From: Promethearchaeia archaeon
GTDB lineage: Archaea; Asgardarchaeota; Lokiarchaeia; Sigyniarchaeales; SOKP01
Direction: 5' to 3'
Length of the DNA stretch: 64,000 nucleotides
Assembly (NCBI GenBank): GCA_029856155.1
Contig: JAHQWL010000040.1
Location: forward strand, 64,001-128,000
Position 1 is the stretch's first letter. Every line of letters begins with the position of its first letter. Positions 60,717-64,000 of the stretch are shown piece after piece. The position numbers and the translations under genes are program-made. The notes under the pieces are model-generated. The model had not been told where the DNA came from. It searched no databases and worked only from the letters and a program-made list of their open reading frames with translations.

Positions 60717-61337
60717 TTAATCTATTATCTCATCATCAAAATGGCTCTCAAATTCTTTTGAGCGAACCATCGTAACTTGTCTATATCTTTCAAAGCGATT
60801 CTCCCATTTTGCATCAGCATTAAACGCAATCTTAGCAAATTCAATTGATTTTATTGCTTTAATCAATCCTTCTTTCTCTTTAGGACTATAAATTCTAATA
60901 GGATCTCCAATAGCTATGTTATTTGGAGGAATAAAAGAATTTGCGGGAACAACTGTATTTGCATGAACAAAAGCCCCAACGGCTATTGCGGCACCAGATT
61001 GAACAATAGCACCTTGTAAAACAGTGGCCCCCGTTGCTACATATGAATTAGACTCAACCTCACAACCAATAAGAGTTGATTGTGGTGAGACAAAAACATG
61101 AGCCCCAATTATTACTGGATGCTCGCGATTTCCCGATGCTGTAGCTCTAAGAACAGCATTTTCACATATTATTGAGCATTCACCAATTTCGATCTTAGAA
61201 CCTTCTGAATCAAGGACAGAACCGTACATTATCCTTGAATCTTTTCCAATCAAAATATTACCTATAACTGCTGCTGTGGGTGCTATAAATACAGAGGAAT
61301 CAAATTTAGGTTCGAAACCCCGATGTTTTATTATAAT
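60717..61337 (-). CDS. Gamma carbonic anhydrase-like hexapeptide-repeat protein; probable ATT start
   Basis: Frame extends to ATT at 61337 (xIIKHRGFEPKFDSSVFIAPTAAVIGNILIG), preceded by GGTGA whose TGA is an in-frame stop. Confidence 0.85.
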   Translation of the reverse strand: MIIKHRGFEPKFDSSVFIAPTAAVIGNILIGKDSRIMYGSVLDSEGSKIEIGECSIICENAVLRATASGNREHPVIIGAHVFVSPQSTLIGCEVESNSYVATGATVLQGAIVQSGAAIAVGAFVHANTVVPANSFIPPNNIAIGDPIRIYSPKEKEGLIKAIKSIEFAKIAFNADAKWENRFERYRQVTMVRSKEFESHFDDEIID

Positions 61338-61497
61338 TCTCTTTCACCTTATATTATTTTCAACGGATTTTGATTACTTACTAATTTTTTATTATTTAAG
61401 AGTTTTATAGGAAAATTTGATAATATTCAAATTAAAACTATTTAATAAGTTAAAAATTAAAATAATTAATAATTCAAACTAATAAAATGATATTAGA

Positions 61498-62061
61498 ATG
61501 AAAAAAGTAGACTTAAGTCCAAAAATCTCAACTTTTCCTATGCCCGTGGCAGTTATTTCTGTAGGAACAGGCGAAGACGCTAATTTAATAACATTAGCAT
61601 ATGTAGGAAAAGTTTGCTTTGAACCTCCTATTATTGCTATTTCTATACAACCTAAGCGACATTCTTTTCATTTAATTGAAAAACACAGTGAATTTGTTAT
61701 TAATTATCCGACCCTAGACCAATTAAGAGAAACTGATTATTGTGGAACACGTTCTGGAAGAGAAGTTAATAAATGGAAAAAATTAAATCTAACAAAGCAA
61801 GATGCTTCTGTTGTAAAAATTCCAATGGTAAAAGAGTTTCCATGGAACATGGAATGTAAAGTTATTAAAAGAATAGAACTTGGTTCACATATATGTTATT
61901 TTGGTAAAGTTGTTGCTACACATTCTGATCCTATCTATGTAAAAAATGAAGCTTTGGATCCAGGAAAATTTAACTTTCCCGCATATATATCAGGTAACTA
62001 CCTTGAATTAAAAAAAGGTGTTTTAGAAAAACATGGATTTACATTAGAATCATCATTCTAA
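61498..62061 (+). CDS. Flavin reductase (flavoredoxin-like)
   Basis: PMPVAVIS, NLITLA, EFVINYP, DYCG..SGR..NK, P.NMECKV, GSH. Confidence 0.88.
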   Translation: MKKVDLSPKISTFPMPVAVISVGTGEDANLITLAYVGKVCFEPPIIAISIQPKRHSFHLIEKHSEFVINYPTLDQLRETDYCGTRSGREVNKWKKLNLTKQDASVVKIPMVKEFPWNMECKVIKRIELGSHICYFGKVVATHSDPIYVKNEALDPGKFNFPAYISGNYLELKKGVLEKHGFTLESSF

Positions 62062-62107
62062 AAAGACATGTATAAAGCACTCAATAAAATAATGAATGTA
62101 ATTTAAT

Positions 62108-62638
62108 ATGCTTAAAGATTCCATTGCTCTTATTGGTTTTATGGCTACTGGAAAAACAACCGTAGGCAAAGCGTTAACTAAATATCTTGGTGATGATTAT
62201 CAATTTATTGAAACAGATCAGCTTATAATTCAAAAAATTGGTAAAACAATTCCACAAATATTTGATGAAGATGGAGAAAGCAAATTTAGAGAATATGAAA
62301 GTTCTGTGTGTGAGAAAGTTTCTGAATTACACAAAGTAGTGATTTCATGTGGGGGTGGCGTAGTTTTGAATAAGAGTAATATTGACAATTTAAAGAAAAA
62401 CAGTTATATTGTCTTATTAAAAGCTAATTTAGAGGAAATTTATAAGAGATCAAAAAAAAACGGAGTAGAAATAAGGCCAATCATTAATAAAGAAGATTTT
62501 AAAAGAGAAATAAAAAAAATTCAAAATATTCGAAAATCCAATTATGAAGAAGCGGCAGAAATTGTTATTGATACAACTAAAAAAAAAGTGAAGCAAATTG
62601 TAAGAGAGATTGTTATAAAAACCCACTTAAAAACCTAA
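62108..62638 (+). CDS. aroK: Shikimate kinase, bacterial AroK type
   Basis: LIGFMATGKTTVG, D..I, IF..DGE..FR..E, VISCGGG, RP. Confidence 0.92.
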   Translation: MLKDSIALIGFMATGKTTVGKALTKYLGDDYQFIETDQLIIQKIGKTIPQIFDEDGESKFREYESSVCEKVSELHKVVISCGGGVVLNKSNIDNLKKNSYIVLLKANLEEIYKRSKKNGVEIRPIINKEDFKREIKKIQNIRKSNYEEAAEIVIDTTKKKVKQIVREIVIKTHLKT

Positions 62639-62696
62639 ATTTATATAAATATAATCTACAAATTATGTAAAATAATTTAAATAGAGTTAGGCTAAT

Positions 62697-62896
62697 ATGG
62701 CTGATTATAAAAGAGTAAAATGTCCTAAATGCGGAAATGATAATCCACGGATGCTTCATGAAGAACCGGATAAGAGTATTGTACTTTACTATAGTATAAG
62801 TATCGCTTTTTCAGCATACTGCTAACGCAGGGTACTCCGGTTTATGCAAAAAACATGAAGTGTGGAGGATGCGGAAATCTTTTTAAAAAGGAGTAA
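62697..62896 (+). CDS. Intron-split 56-aa zinc-ribbon protein (exons 62697-62797 and 62827-62896)
   Basis: Spliced product MADYKRVKCPKCGNDNPRMLHEEPDKSIVLYYSMQGTPVYAKNMKCGGCGNLFKKE; the two CxxCG knuckles are in different frames in the DNA. Confidence 0.85.
62798..62826 (+). other. 29-nt bulge-helix-bulge (relaxed outer helix) intron in mRNA
   Basis: Central UAGU/GCUA, bulges AUA and ACG, inner hairpin AGUAU-C-GCU/AGC-AUACU, exon pairings GUACUUU/AGGGUAC and AACCGGA/UCCGGUU. Confidence 0.85.
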
Positions 62897-62986
62897 TTCA
62901 TCAAAGAAAAATATCTATTTTTCAATTTTCTTATTTTTTAATTTTCATTTCTTAGAATTAAAAATAGAATAAGGGGGATTAAAATA

Positions 62987-63125
62987 TTGAAACCTATTTT
63001 GATTGTTGAAGATAACGAGGAAAATATGTATTTTTTGAATTATTTTTAGAAAAACATAAATATAGAGAATTTCAAGCTTGGATTGGTTATAATGGCTTAA
63101 AGACTACCCTAAAAGATAGATTCTG
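62987..63125 (+). pseudogene. Relic of a response-regulator receiver domain
   Basis: MKPILIVEDNEENMYFLNYF*, then frameshifted LEKHKYREFQAWIGYNGLK; the rest is missing. Confidence 0.65.
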
Positions 63126-63129
63126 TTCT

Positions 63130-64000
63130 TTACATTAAAGATAAAACAATCTTGTTCTGTGCTTTTAGCATATCTTTCATTATGAGTTCCATAGCCTCTT
63201 TAATATCTGGATTATCTTCAGGAATACTACGCTTTGCATTCACACTTGCCATTAAGACTTCATTTAATCCGCGTAAAATCATATCAGGGCTGTACCAGGG
63301 GCGTTTCGATGCCCACCATTGCTGACAGCTGTGAATTCCACGATCCAACAAGTTTCTTGCATTATCAAATATTCTTTTCTTCTCTTCATTCATACCATCG
63401 CGATATTTTGCTGCTAAATGAATTAATGTAAGGGCGTACATGAAAAATCTATGTTGTTCTATATGAATTTCATTATTTGGGTCGAGCCATAAAGGGAACG
63501 GGATGTCACTAGCAATATCGTAGGGCATTGTGGACCAACTAGAATCTCGTGGAACCTGAGTAAACCCTTTAGGAAATTTATCCACTATTTCCGAAACGGT
63601 ACATAATTTCACATCGTCTCTATGCGGTAGAGCTTGAAAAAGAGGTATGAGGAAGTCCTTTATTGCGTGTTTTACGTGATGCCCAAAAGTTTCACCGTCC
63701 ATCGCAAGGAGACTATATGTGTCCTCAGGACTATTCGTATATTTTAACCTATTGGTAAAAGCATCTATATTGTTAATCTTATCAAAAGCGCAGTCAATTG
63801 ATGTATAATCATCTCTAAACAGCACTCTTAATCCATTTGGATGCACGGATATATGGTTTGTAGGGAATTCTGGCAATGTATTAGCAATACCGCTCATGAT
63901 CATCCAATCAAAACCCTCCTTCTTGACGGTTTTAAACACCTCTTCTGAAACAGCCATTTCGGGTGGAAAAAAACCACGAGGTTTAAAAAGCTTCCCGAAA
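63130..64000 (-). CDS. Glycoside hydrolase family 57 protein, 5'-truncated by window edge
   Basis: FGKLFKPRGFFPPEMAV, LFRD, LAMDGETFGHH, SSWS, SCQQWWAS. Confidence 0.88.
   Translation of the reverse strand, partial: FGKLFKPRGFFPPEMAVSEEVFKTVKKEGFDWMIMSGIANTLPEFPTNHISVHPNGLRVLFRDDYTSIDCAFDKINNIDAFTNRLKYTNSPEDTYSLLAMDGETFGHHVKHAIKDFLIPLFQALPHRDDVKLCTVSEIVDKFPKGFTQVPRDSSWSTMPYDIASDIPFPLWLDPNNEIHIEQHRFFMYALTLIHLAAKYRDGMNEEKKRIFDNARNLLDRGIHSCQQWWASKRPWYSPDMILRGLNEVLMASVNAKRSIPEDNPDIKEAMELIMKDMLKAQNKIVLSLM

Noticed and set aside
62790-62830. Programmed frameshift or simple pseudogene explanation for the zinc-ribbon gene
   Set aside because: There is no convincing slippery heptamer, and BHB geometry alone predicts cut sites that restore the frame.
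855-63431. Numerous short ORF-track entries overlapping larger genes (e.g. 892-1140, 8052-8282, 10360-10644, 15712-15924, 17546-17806, 20095-20337, 43492-43806, 60318-60566)
   Set aside because: They are antisense or alternative-frame shadows of well-supported CDSs and have no motifs of their own.
1-64000. tRNA/rRNA genes, IS elements, provirus
   Set aside because: No GC-rich structured RNA gene, transposase, integrase or terminal repeat was seen by eye; a covariance-model scan was not possible.

Overview
AT-rich, gene-dense archaeal chromosome segment. Gene content and style (archaeal lipid cluster, F420/methanopterin genes, uS2 with an acidic N-terminal extension, small zinc-ribbon proteins, HAAS/PadR pair) best fit an Asgard archaeon of Lokiarchaeia type; this assignment is inference. 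It holds about 55 housekeeping and metabolic CDSs, and I saw no rRNA, tRNA, CRISPR or transposase. Main result: two protein-coding genes are each interrupted by a tiny intron (30 nt at 17452-17481; 29 nt at 62798-62826) whose junctions fold into tRNA-type bulge-helix-bulge (BHB) motifs. Cutting at the canonical splicing-endonuclease positions restores the reading frame exactly, giving a conserved-looking motif in an AIR-synthase-related protein (460 aa) and a complete 4-Cys zinc-ribbon protein (56 aa) that the ORF track misses. Two such introns in 64 kb suggest that endonuclease/ligase mRNA splicing is more widespread in this organism than the few known archaeal cases. Secondary signals: repeated non-canonical (ATT-type) starts, a Thr-type sulfatase beside an anaerobic sulfatase maturase, an uncharacterised glycyl radical enzyme, two orphan DNA methyltransferases, gene relics and candidate operators.
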